Positions 1-13,800 of a stretch of DNA of 64,000 bases are shown here, piece by piece (the stretch's first letter is position 1; each line of letters starts with the position of its first letter). Both the position numbers and the translations under genes were made by a program. The notes beneath the pieces were generated by a model that ran no database searches, was not told the DNA's origin, and worked only from the letters and a program-made list of their open reading frames with translations. Origin of the DNA: Ophelia neglecta (taxonomy: Eukaryota); NCBI GenBank assembly GCA_965285935.1, contig OZ260664.1, positions 40,486,001 through 40,550,000 on the forward strand, given 5' to 3'.

Positions 1-1189
1 AAACATTAGGTACAAAAATACTCAATGATAATCTCAGGATGATCTTAAAAATGTTTTAATGTAGTATGTTAATAATTTTAACATCATGCTTTTTGACTAA
101 TCCACTTTCATAAGCATCTTAAACCAGTTTTTTGTTGATTGCAAAATGGTTTATATATTTTGCTTTTGTGACTATGATATTCTATTTTACACACAAAAAC
201 TAGTTATTGCATTTCTATTTTATACAATTTTGTCTATACACTATTATTTTAATATACTAAAACTTTGTATTGAATCAAGCATAAAAAGCAAGCTTACTTT
301 ATTAAACCTCCAAATTCTTTATATATCCCTGCTTTAGATAACGCTCAAATAGCAAACGTCTGAAGTTCCCAAATATGCTTCATATGTAAACATGAAACAA
401 AGTAACATACATGTAAACTAATACATGATATATTTCTACTCTATGGCTCAAACTCCAATGCATGCTATAAGGTGAGTACACTATATAAAGCCGCAGTACA
501 ACATAGCCCTTGCATTTTGAGCTTAAAATATGTTTTCAATAAACAAACTAAAATTTAAACCAAGAACCGGAATTTGCAGTACGTTCTTGATCCCCATTAA
601 AATTCAGCAACTGTATAATTTCTGATGAAAACTAAACTTAAGGCTGATAAAGGGCAACAATGGAAGTGTAGTCTTCCTTGTTTAGTTTTGATTGTTAAGA
701 TATTTTACTGGTAAATATACAACTGATTGTGCTTCAGACCAATGTACAGTACATACGTATACATGACATATGTATACATGTACATGATATACGTATACAA
801 TACATTATACATGGAATAGATTTACCATCTTTGTTAGCAAACAGAATATTCAAGAGGTTTAGTTTTATATTACACAACATTTGTGTGAAACTATTCAAAT
901 TAACTCTCCAAGTGAAGCATTTCAACTTCTATATTGAATTTGAATCTTAACCTTGGAGAGAACAGGTAGGACTAATTTTAGTCTGCTCTATATTTAGATC
1001 TATTAGTTATAATCCTTGGTTTTCTAGGTTTCATGTACCCACACATATATTCATGAAATGGGAATACAGCAAAAAATGGAGATGTTATCAACCAAGCCCC
1101 ATATGTATATTTTTCACAATTGTCCCTGAATGATGAAAGCTTTTTAGGGAGGAGGGGAAAGGTGGAGGTGGAGTATATAGGAAGGCCGG

Positions 1190-1801
1190 TTATTCAGCTT
1201 TGGGTTCCCCTCCGTCTTCAGGAGGGGCTTCACCTTCAGTCTTGTCCAGACCTTCCTCCACCCCTGGGCCTCCCTCAGGTTCAGCAGACCCCTCCTTTGA
1301 ACCTTTAAGCTCCTTCCTTGTTTTCATACCTTTAAAGCCAGCCTGGATTTTAGTGGCTGCTTTCTCTACTTCCGGGTCATTTAGGTCAATGTCAATATCT
1401 TCTCCTTCTCCATCCTCAGGTTTGCTCTCTTTCCCCTCAGGTTTTTCTTCAACCTCTGGTTTGTCCTCCTTCTCAGGAGATGCCTCCTTGCTGGCAGCCA
1501 TTTCCTGTCTGGTCTTCATTCCTTTGAAGCCAGCCTGTATTTTTGTGGCTGCTTTCTCTACCTCCGGATCATTGAGGTCTATATCGATGGTCTCCTTTTC
1601 TGTGGCTTCTCCTTCCTGAACAGCTGCTGCCTCTGGCGCTTCCTCTCCAGTGGCCTTTGTGGCAGCTAATTCCTGGCGAGTTTTCATTCCCTTGAACCCT
1701 GCCTGAATCTTTGAAGCTGCTTTTTCCACCTCTGGATCAGATAGGTCTATGTCAACCTTTTCTTCTTCTGCTTCTTCGGGGGCTGCTTCATCATCTGCAT
1801 C
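1190..1801 (-). CDS. SPA17: SPA17-like terminal exon, three acidic + IQ modules
   Basis: Acceptor CTTTTTCAG. DADDEAAPEE..VDIDLSDPEVEKAASKIQAGFKGMKTR plus two further near-identical copies; stop at 1190-1192. Confidence 0.9.
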   Translation of the reverse strand, partial: DADDEAAPEEAEEEKVDIDLSDPEVEKAASKIQAGFKGMKTRQELAATKATGEEAPEAAAVQEGEATEKETIDIDLNDPEVEKAATKIQAGFKGMKTRQEMAASKEASPEKEDKPEVEEKPEGKESKPEDGEGEDIDIDLNDPEVEKAATKIQAGFKGMKTRKELKGSKEGSAEPEGGPGVEEGLDKTEGEAPPEDGGEPKAE

Positions 1802-4800
1802 CTGAAAAAGTCAAACCTCTAATTAGGTCTAGCTCTTTGTATAAGTATTTTCACTTCTTGTAAAGGATTCACATACAAAGTTAATTGCTTTTTGTTTGTT
1901 CTCTCATGCCCTAGGAGGTGTACCAGTAATTACGGCTATTTGTTGACTAAAGCACATGCATATATATGTAGGTATGGTTAAATGGTAAAATAATGTTCTT
2001 AGCCATTTTTTGAATTAAAACTTCAACTAATAAATATTCTTAAAACAAACAAGACATGCTTATTGTAATTAAATAACTAAATACTACTATATACAGTACA
2101 TAAACTAAAAATAACAAATTGAATAGTAACTCTCTAGAATATTTGTAAAGTTTACATGTATATATATATTTATATACACAGTTTTCTACAAATTGGACAT
2201 ACATGTACTGTACATTACTACAGTTATAGCCAAAGACAACAAATGTTCACGTGGCTGACTACTTAAATGGAATGGGACATGGTCAAGGCAATCAACTAGC
2301 ACCCATTGTAATCGGCCATGAAATGATGCATAGTTTAAATGTAATTAAATATGTCACATAAATTAAAAAATAAGTTACATACGAATGCACCATGGGAGTT
2401 TCACCATTCTTGTTGCAATTTGGCTCATGTATGAAATTTATGTTTTTCATTGTCCATTTTATATTACAAAATTATTTTAAAACATTTTGAATCACTGAGG
2501 GAGTTACCCAGATCAGGGTATCCCAGTGTCTCCCTTTCCTTAAATGGATAGCCACAAGGACATCCTTATCTATGTTTTTCTTTACCTATGCTGCATGGAA
2601 ATTATATGTAAAAATTATATGGATACATTTAATTCTGTCTGAAATCTACATTTACAGATGGTATTCATGAAAATCATAATTATACTATGGACATGAGTAA
2701 ATACACCTGATTGTTAGGAAATGGTCTGATTCACTGAAGTAAAAATATGAATTAATAAGTGTTACTTCTGGTCATCTGAAATGAAAAAGCTCTATTTAAA
2801 TATATACATATATACATGTAGATGCCTCAGCTTATGAGGTCTGATCCTCAAACTTAGTCGGCAGTTCTCTCAATAAACTGAGCTCTAAAGCCTTGCAGGC
2901 AGTGCTATGACCCATTGTAAAAAAAAGCTTTGAAAGTGACCTCTGTTATTCAGAGTAAATATATAAATAATAATAATAATAGTAATCAAGATGTGAGATA
3001 AAATATACCCACGTGAGAGCCCGCTATGTACTACTTAGACTTAGTTTACAAGTCAAAACAGTTTGATTTACAGTAACCTCGAGAAGTCCAACATGAGAAA
3101 AGGGGAAGTCCCCAAGTAAACCCAAATTCAGCCACAGATTATTCACAAAAACTATAAACTCCAACTGGCACCCAACAGAGAAAGAAATGGTTCAAGACAA
3201 AGTCATTTTCTTTTGTGACATGCACTGTACTGCTTCTAAAATAGTCTGGTACAATCACCAAGTACTATGTAGTTCTGATTCCACCTTCCACCATACCAGT
3301 ATTTATTGAGAGGCTTGGTAACTATGAACATAGTGGGTAGTTTATGTGCAGATAGGCAGTAAGCAGTGGCCATATTGTTTGTACCTCCTTCGGTTCTATG
3401 CTGTTGACATCCTGTGTCTGTGCCACCTTGTCCTCAGCTTCTTTTTCCAGCTCAGTTTGACAATCAGCAGATAAAGGCAGTGTGGACTCTGCTGGTGTGA
3501 AGTCTGCCAGAGGTTGAGCTTCACGACCATTAGCATCTTCTATTATAGGTGCATCTGCCAGTGGTGTGGCCTTAAGCTCTCCCTCCTGGACAGTCTCAAC
3601 GGCCAGTTTCTGCCCTTCAGCGTCCTCTTTACCTGTCGGCACTGAGGGAGCCTGTTCACCACCTGGCATTTCATCTTTATCTTCCTCCAACTCGGTATCA
3701 GGCTGGACATTCTCAAGTTCAGTGTCTGCGGTGTCTGCACCTATAATCTCAGACTTAGTGTTATCTTCAGCAGCCAGTGTGGCAGGCTCATCAGAAGCTG
3801 AGGCTTGTATATCTGCCTGGTCAGCGCTAGGATCAGCACACTCAGGGATTACACCCTCCTGTAACATATCATTCTGTTATATTGGCCTGACCATGGAATA
3901 ATGAAAACACAGTGAAAACCAGGCAACATTTATACTGAAATTTTGTTACTCCTATCCTGATATCTATAAGGAAACAATACCAGTGACCAATATTCAAAAG
4001 TAAGTTAATAACTACATTAAATAAATAAAAAATCAATGAAGGCTCTTTTGATCATTTGAAAACGAAATGCATAAAAATTGAATCATAAAAATATTAAAAC
4101 AAACATAAATAAATGATAATCAAAACGACTTTAGTTTATTATTTTTAAGGATACCCTTCCACCATTTAGTAAAGAGGAAATAACAATGATCTCTTGTTGG
4201 ACTTTAAAAAAGGAACCTTTCCCTATGCTGGCAGTTTTCATTTGAATGAGTTTTTAACTGTTATATTTCTTTCTTAATTTGACGTGCACAATTCACAGAA
4301 AATTTGCATTGTTTACATAATTCATAGTAATTCCCATTTGTTGACCACTCGGAATTTGCTGGAGAGCTGCACTACAGGCAATTGCATTATTTTGGGGTTA
4401 TGTAATTTACATGTACATATATCATACAAGCCGATACCAAACAATAAGCTAAAGATGAATCCTTTTCTGAGGGAAATTTGTTTAAATAAATTATATAAAA
4501 TTAGAATTCTGTGCTGAGGCTCTTCAGTAATTTGCAATAAAAAGGTAGAAGCCCATATCAGAACTGACATGCATGTTGCTCAGAACCTAGAGATTTTAAG
4601 CCTTTAGAGATGATTAATGTCTGAAAACAATATTAAAAACTAGGTGTTATTAAATTAGGGATGAATTTGTCTTCCTGTGTCTGGTGGCAGTCTAGATGGA
4701 CCGAGCAACCCCCTACTGTCATTTTCTAAATGTGTAAACTCATAACCTAAATGTTGAAATTAATATTTTTCTTGTCATTAGTATAATGTTTGATATTTGT

Positions 4801-7800
4801 TCTAACACTCAGAATGTCCATTGAACCACCATTCTGGGACAAAGTATTTTTATCTAGGGTTTTTTTCAACCTGACTGACAAGACTGGCGTGCATTTATTA
4901 CAATTTTTTTAAACCAGTACTAAAGCTGAAGACAAAATATACTTGGTGTGCTCCTTAAATACAAGTTCAACAAGTCTTATAACTCTGGAATAATGAAAGC
5001 AATGAAATGAAGTTAACTTTTTAACTTAATAACAATTATTGGAAAGGAAATCCTGTTGGTCAAAGCATATCAAGTGAATTATGGGATTTCTGTGGTACCA
5101 ATGCATCATTCCTGCCCTTCTTAACAATGAAATGAGTGCAACCATCAGAAAGCGAAGAAAAAATAAAGATGACTTATGACACAAATATCCACAAAAAATA
5201 GTTGATTGCAGTAACTGGCTCCAAATGAAAGTCAATAATTATAATCCCTTCTATTAGGAAACACTAATGCCATTAAAAAATATGAATTGAACATTGCCTC
5301 TGGAGATAGTAGTAGGCAGAATATATGAAGGAAAGGCAAATAGTAACAAATAAATGAATACATGGCTGTCAGCCAATGTAATTGAAATCCTGAAATATTA
5401 CAAAGGGAAACAAGGTGAATGACATCAAGAAAATAAGTCTTGGGCAAGTTCAGTTTTGTCCAGGCGGTTTCATTCAAAAGGGCAAATTGCAATCGAATGT
5501 GATTGAAAATATTACTATTCCTCTAATAATAGAGAGGAAAAAGCTGAACTTGTCCATTAATCGACAAGAATGAGTAGAGAGCATGCTCAGCAGTGGGTAG
5601 AGGGTTTGACACCTAGGCAGACGGCTGGTATACCTTCAGCGATTTCACCTCCTTCCGTGCCTTAAAACCTTTAAAGCCAGCTTGGATTTTGGTGGCTGCC
5701 TTCTCTACTTCTGGATCATTAAGATCAATGTCAATTTCTGAATCTATTTCAGGTTTTGAGTCCAGCTGGGCAGCTGCTTCTGGCTCAATGGGTTTATCCA
5801 TGGTCTCTTCTTGTTTTGTGCTATTCTGAATACGGATTGAGATCATCTTAGCAGTGACATGTGCAAAAAATATAGATTATGAAAAAATAGCTGGCAAATT
5901 GAATGAAAAAAACAAAGGGGTAATCAGCATACCTGCAATTAAAAGGACTGTATTATATCAGGTTATTAATAAGAAGCATGAAATGAGACAAAATATTAAT
6001 ATGTATAGAAAGGCATAAACAAACTCATGGCTATCACAGACAAAAAAGTGTCCTACAGATTTTGTGCACAGATTAAGACTCCTAAACTAACACACTCCAT
6101 CAATATGTATGTAAGCATTCCTTGCAATATCACTGACTAGCCGTGTTACACCGGACACCACAAAGAAACAAGCCGACACAGCTGTGTTTTAACTTGCCTA
6201 GCTCAGTACCTTACTCACTGACATCAAATAACCAACCAATCACTACATTAATATGCTGAACATGTATATTCTATGCATGGAAAAAATGAGGTGATACCTT
6301 TCCTAGCCTAGTCTTCTGAATACCCAGTTTTGACCCCTCTGTCTTGCTGTTCATTGCAGCCCCTTCCGTCTCAGATTTAGTAGTATCTGCTGTTACATGT
6401 ATTACTGCACAATTCTTTTTAGTCAGGGGCAAGTCCACCGATGTCTGTTTGCTGGAGATGGCACACTTTTCAGTGTTTTTTTCAGGTAATGAACCTACTT
6501 TTCTCAAGTGACTTTTTGAAAATCTATTTTGAATCTTTAAAGCTGCCTTTTCAACCTCTGGATCTTTCAGGTCTATATCAATCTCCTTCATTGTCGGAGT
6601 TTTCTTGTCAGTGTCAGAACCCCCAGCAACAGACGACTTGATGTTAAAGTCTTGTTGATAAGATGTTGTCTTATCATTCTGTGACTCTTGTGGGATAGAA
6701 GACTTCTTTTTCAATTTCAGTTTTGAAAATCGACTTTGGATTTTAAGAGCTGCTTTCTCTACTTCAGGGTCCTCCAGGTCTATGTCTATTACTTCTTCTT
6801 GTAACTCTTGGGTCTTTTGGTTATTAATGGGCAGTATGCTTGCCTGGGAAACAACAGATGTTGTGCTTGTCTTGCGGACAAGCTCTGAATTGTGTTCAGT
6901 TGATGGATTTGATGTACCCTAAGAAAAAGTGGTGACTGTGAAACCAGGAAATTGAAGCAAAAGTGAACGTTTATGTAGCACATCTAACCAAGTTGATATA
7001 TTTTGGTCATGCAAATTTGTTACTGTAAAGTGCTATTAAACTCCCAGATCACATGAAATTAGGACCAAGCGCTGGGAAACTTAAGTAAACTGCCAGAAAC
7101 ACATTTATTTTCATTTATCAGTTAATGCAATTTTTTGATCAGCTTTCAATGAATAAGATAATAGTGGTACATGCTCCAGAAACAAAAGTTTAAATACTAT
7201 ACCGACGCACCATCAAATTTGACTTTCTTGATTTGAATTTTGAAAATTTAGCTTGAATTTTTATGGCAGCCTTTTCCACCTCAGGATCATTCAGATCAAT
7301 ATCAATTTCTTCTCCTTGTTCATTATTTTCCCCCGGCACTTCTGTTGGCTTTTCTTGAATAGGTTCCTTAGAAAGCATGACAGGAAGTGGAAAATACATG
7401 TAGGTTTAAGCTAAGATCTACATGTACCATTGGTACAGTGGCAGAATATGGCAAGACACAGGGAACACTATCGATAGACATTTGATTTAGAAATAAGCTG
7501 CCAAATAACCTTGAGAAAATAATCTGCCCAATACTTCTGTATATAGTGACTATTTTTTCACATTGTGAAACAGATTTATCACAATCGATGTATTTTTTTA
7601 ATTTCCAAAGAAACACACATCAAAGAAAAGAGAGGGCAGGGGTTTTTCTGGAATTACTACAACTGGAAAATGCTTTATGGTCAGAAGCCTGTAATACGAA
7701 ATAAATCTATCAAACTAGTTAGCTAGCTAAAGAGCCCATTTTAATACCTGAACGGTGCTTGGGCTCTGTTTCTTAGATTTGAACCTAGAGAATCCAGCTT

Positions 7801-10800
7801 GAATCTTTATGGCAGCCTTTTCAACTTCAGGATCATTAAGATCTATGTCTATCTCTTCCTGTTCTGCTACTGTTGCAGCAGGAAGTGAATCTGATCCATC
7901 AGTTTGTTTACTTCCAATATCCTTTTTAATGAGAGCATACACAGATAGAAAGGGTAAGACATTAGGCATACAAGTAAGCAACACACTCAGGAAGATTTTC
8001 AGATAGTCTTATGACCCTTGAGAGAAGGTAAAACAATATTTTTATAATCATATATACAAATATACATTATCAAAAGTATACAGGGGTTAGTAGCTAAATT
8101 TGTTTAATTTGTTTTATAAAGAATACATTAACTTTACCAATAACAAAAAAATCTACAAACATCTACCTCAAAAGCTACAATTCTTTAGGACATGTAACCC
8201 TGGACAAGCTGTTTCAGTAGAGTCCATACAGGTATCAAATTAAGTCCATGGACAATAATATTATGGAATTCTTTTTCCGGCCGAAACACATGATAAAAAA
8301 AACCTCATTGATATACATAATAGGGCCCTGTGTAAATGGTTACTGCAAAAGTTCTTGGTCAGGTTTTTCAGTATATATGTATTTGATGACTACAGAAAAT
8401 TAATTTGATATAACACTGTTAGTTTTTCTGATTTTTTTAAATTTGAACAAAATTCGACTAATTAACCTCACTTTATGAAAGACCTAGAAACTAGAGTTAA
8501 AGGAGAAGGAACTTTAATGTTTTAAAACTTGCTAGCTTGTGCCCTAAGATAGAACTAAAGTAAGAGTACAGGGGGGTATAATGGGCTGTGTTGAATAACT
8601 ACCAGTGTACCTGTACATGAATGATTAATAATAATAAATAACTATCAGTGTTCATCACTGGTTAATTATGATAAATAACCATCACTGTACATCACAGATA
8701 GATCCTATAAACACAAATTCATTTAATCTGATTTCTAACTATGGTGTTGGTGACAGTTTTTGAATTCAATTTCAACTTCATATGCTGATTAAGATAATAT
8801 TGCTGACCAGTATGATATTTAGGACCATCTGGAATTTGTTTTGTCATTTTATTCTTCATTAATATACCTTTTTTTCTTCCAAACAACATTTCAAACCAAG
8901 TCTATTTGCAGAAACTGTTCATTACTTGTGTTTATTTTTAGTTTAAGCAGCTCACTCTCAGGCACAACAACCTACCTTGGAAGCAATGTCTTTTCTAGTT
9001 TTATAACCCTTAAATCCAGCCTGTATTTTGGTAGCAGCTTTTTCCACCTCTGGGTCATTGAGATCTATGTCTATTTCTTCATCTGCCTCTTCAGTTTGTG
9101 TGGCAGGTTTATCTTGCTCGCCTGCCTTTTCTGCCTGTTAGTTTTACATCACATGCAAATATTAGCCTCAGTAACCAGCTAAGATAGATTATCATGCCTG
9201 AAGAGAGCTGTTGCAGCTCAAAACTGGCAATTACTTGGAAATTCTGATTGGATTCCTAAATATATAGCATTGGCTAAAATATCGCCAGCCTTGTCTGCAA
9301 CAGCTGAATAGGTTATTTTATTTAAGTTATAAATAAGTCATACTGTTAAATCACAAGGATGCATAATTTAAATTAAATTCTAGAGCAACTAGAACCTTTC
9401 ATAGCTTAATGCCACCAATGATGCCAAAAAATTTTTAACATTCAACTTCACAGCCAATTGAAATTATGGATTATACATTTCTTTATGGTACACTGTTAGG
9501 AAAAATCTTTGTATAGGACACAGCAGGGATTACATGCATTTAAAATGGATGGAAATAAATGAAAACAAAAATAGGAGTTGATTAGAAGGTTGTTATGTAT
9601 TAAAATGCATGTTATAGTTATCACCAATGTATTCATTCACAAAAGTCAATATTTTCTGCCTTCTGTGTCATGCATGCACCGTTATCTGGAACTCTGAAAG
9701 AATGGTACATCTTCATGCAAAAGCATGTGTTGTTGATCATTGTGAAGTAAACCAGTGCTGTGCCTACCTTCATGGCCTGCACCTCCTTTCTGGCCTTGTA
9801 GCCCTTGAAGCCAGCTTGGATTTTGCTGGCTGCCTCCGCCACATCTGGATCGTCCAGGTCGATGTCCACTTCCTCCGCGGCGTCATCGCCGTCAGCCTCC
9901 TCTACATGAGGCTCTGTCTCTCCGGCTCTGTAAACACACAGACCTTACAGACTCCACTGAGTGATAACACACCCTCAGCTCTGCCACATGGCAAACACCG
10001 GGCTTCTGCTCTAACTAACCTGATAACCATTATAACAGAAAAGCAATAGGGGCAAGAACCTTTTTGCTACGTTGCTCAATTTTATGAAATCTGCTCAAAT
10101 CCCAAAATATATTCCAAATACTAAAAATACAAAGGTGTTAATATCTGGAAGTTCAACTCTAGTAAAAGTGATGTGAGAAAGGTATTCGTTTTAATAGCTA
10201 ATTTTTTATTTGGTTTACATCATGATTATTCTTATTATCAGAGATCCATTTAAATACTGCATGTGTACCCTTATCTGCAAGCAAACATCTATGGTTTTGG
10301 CACTGACACATATTTAAATAAAAAAAATCAAAATTTCAAGAAAAAGTATCATTGGAAATCAGCAAAGGGACCTATACATTGGTAAAACTCACTAAAATTA
10401 AGCCAGATTCAAACATGGTAACCTGAAAGTATATACATGTACCTAAGTTTCTTAACCCTCTGGCGATCCTGGTATCCGCGAAAACCAGCCTGGATTTTGA
10501 CAGCAGCCTGCTCTTCCTTCTTCTCCGAGACAACCTTCTTGGCATTGAACTGTCTGTATTTGGTCTGGATGGTAAGAGCTGCATCCTGCTGCTGAGGGTC
10601 GCTGGGGTCCACATCAGGCTTCTACAATGACAACCGGCATACAATTAAACCAACAGTATCATCTTCACTTCATTTGTTTGCATTGGAAATTGCGACATGG
10701 AGGAAATAAATCCACCCACAGCTAATACAGTGATTCTCAAGCACCACCCGTGTCCTACCCACTCAAATTATTATAAACAATTTTTGCTTCTTACAAAAGG

Positions 10801-13800
10801 CCACCACCCACAACTGGCATGCAAGAAGCAAAAATGTCACCCGCAGTCTGCATAAGCATACTGGTAGTGGGGTGTAGAAAGAAAGAGCCTGCCGCCTAGG
10901 TTTGGTCGACTACAAAATTATTCTCAACACAGCGTTTGACATTAAAAATACAACTACATTATGTGATTGTGGTTCAATGACTGATCTAATTTTATTCCTA
11001 GTTAAAGTCAAAATAAAGAGTCATTTTTAAAGGCAAACCAAATGCATACCACTAGAAGATGCTCTATGTGATGTGAATGTTAGGAGGTACTTTAATACCT
11101 TAACATGCTCTATGTGATGTTAATGTTAGGAGGTACTTTAATACCTTAACATGCTCAATGTGATGTGAATGTTAGGAGGTACTTTAATACCTTAACATGC
11201 TCAATGTGATGTAAATGTTAAGCGGTATCTTAATACCTTAACATCCTCTATGTGATGTAAATGTTAGGAGGTACCTTTATACATATACTGTAATAAAAAT
11301 ATATATTTACCTCAAATGCTTTATTATTATAAAATCTATCCTCTTGTAGGGCTCCTTGTTTAGCTGGATCTACACCGCCTTCTGTAAGAAAAGGTATGAA
11401 GTTAAAAGGCAGGTAATATCACATCTAAAACAGGCTAGCTAGTGTCCTTGAATAACAAATGAAAATCATTAATCTTTCAACATTATCTACCCAATAGATG
11501 GTATCAGAATGTTCTATTGAGAACAAGAGTTCATTTCAGGTATTTCCATTTGCACTCATAAGCATCACAATACCTATCATTGATATTTCAATAGAAGAAG
11601 CCAAAGCAGGTTTGCCATGAATGGCATGAAATATTACTTGAGTGAGGTAAATACTTGACATGCCCAATGATGCTAACTGAAATTGGTTCTGATGATCCAT
11701 GTTGAGAGCAGACACGTGCAGACACTGGTGCTGCTGTGTCAGTTAGTCCCATCCTACCCAGCACACAAAACCAGCATATCAAGCTATTTTTTACATGTTA
11801 AGAACAATAACTCAAGCAACATAGGTTGAAAGATCAGCAATCCTTCATGGTTAGAAGCTATTTTGCTCAAAATACCTTTGATGGGGAAAATCAATGATAT
11901 GCTAGGAGCCTCCACCAAAACATGGTCGACATGATCAAGGTAATGTGATATTCCACAGATAGGCCATTAATGAATTCACATTCTTTCATGGCCAAGCTCA
12001 GCCTAAAATGTTGGCTTCTATTGAACAAAGTGGCTTGATGAATAGAGAATATGCACGAGCAATTTCCAGTTAGTGCAGTGTGGCGAGAAACGGCCGACTT
12101 TGCTGCACGCTGGGATACTTTGGTAGGTAAGAAAATCAGGCTTCCATCACTCCACAGCCACTGTCACGTCTCCGTGCTCCTCTGCGAACTAACCGCTGCA
12201 ATTTAGAGGGCATTCATGCTTTGTCTTGGGATGTGATAAGCAACCATGCATATTACAAGGCTGCTTTCCCAAAGATCATGTCCAGGTTAAATTGTGTCTA
12301 AAAAAATGAGCAGACAATGTTTGGCTGATATATGTCAGACTATTAATGTCATGTTTGTTTCATTGGTTTTTCATGCACAATATCTTCCACAAAGACTTTT
12401 TACTTTGGTTTTATAAGGATTTTCCAATAAGATCGCTTAAGGTTCTGACAAAGTATTTTTTTACATTAGGTGACATGTTTTGTGACATGTGACATGTAAT
12501 TTTGCCATAGCCACACTTAATACGCTACATACACATGCGCCTCCAGTGTAACCCATTACATTATAATAACAGTTACTTTTAATATCAATAATAAAGTCCA
12601 TCATCTCGAACAATATGAAGGTTAAATGTACTGAAAGCTTTTACAACTTTTCCTTCAACATAACTTAATTGTTCTTGCACTAAGCTTTTCTACTACACAT
12701 ATTTCCTGCTGTATAATAATCAATTAAATTGGTGCCTTAATTCAGTTGCTGTCGGCCAGTGTCAGGGGCGAAGAGTTCTGTTTTTCTTGCATCTACTTTA
12801 TTTATAGAGTACATGAAGTGGAAATTTATGTTGTCACGTGTAATAAATAAAATTTATTGATTAAAATTATTTAGAGCTAAAAATCAAAGAATCAATGCCA
12901 TCCACTGTAGAGCATCCACTGTGACTGCACTAACAGCACTATGTAGGTTTCTATGTGGTGTCTTGTTCAGCTGCAGTGATCACACCAAGATTTTGGCAGT
13001 GAAGCCATTGACTAATTGGGAAACAAAAGTGCTGTGAGAGAAAATTGGCTCATGCATATCCCCTATTGAGACCACAGACAAGCAGTGAGCTACTCAATGC
13101 TTGTGGTCAAGTTACCACTGTTCAAACAAATTACAAAGCCATACTTTTAGGTGGGTCAAAACAGAGAACAACAGTTTTATTTGAAATCCTTGTAAAATAT
13201 TCAACAAGAAGTACCATCAATGATAATAAATGACAAGTGCTGTCATTTTTATTTCAAAGCAACTTCTGCTGTGTACCCTTGTTCAGAAGCCAGCAGGCTG
13301 CTTACTTAAGCTGTACGGTAAACAAGGCATTTAGAAACGCAAGACCCACACCAATTATAAGGGAAAGTAAACATTTTTGTCGCAAAAACCACTTCTGGAC
13401 AAAGTCAAATCCAGTGTAGATCCCAGACAATCCCCCCCCCCCCCCCCAAAAGATTCATTTGTCCAAAACACTGGAAATCTCATGAAATAGCAAAAAGGGA
13501 AAAAAAGTTGACTATTTGGCCAATCATATTTTTTACTTGGCGTTGCTAGTGCAACTTACTATATTCAGATTCCTGCCAAAAGTTCATCAGTCGAATGTTT
13601 TTCTCAAAGGAGGGGGGCAACTAAATAGTGGAATGTTGATTCCACGGCTTGGATACATTTCTTACACTCTCAAATGTAAAATACTTGAAATATTTTAGTT
13701 TCATTAGTGGCATTATGACTGCTTTAATCCCTACTTAACACCAAAGAAGGCATTTTTTTTCTGCATGCCTGATTTTACGTCATATACATGTACTTGGGTT

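Noticed and set aside
745-815. TACATGTA/TATACATG palindrome cluster in the putative 3' UTR
   Set aside because: The motif recurs throughout the window, so it is genomic background rather than a local signal.
1200-3901. Plus-strand Ser-rich ORFs (1200-1619, 3566-3901; similar ones at 7809, 8841, 9627, 57180)
   Set aside because: Antisense shadows of real minus-strand coding sequence.
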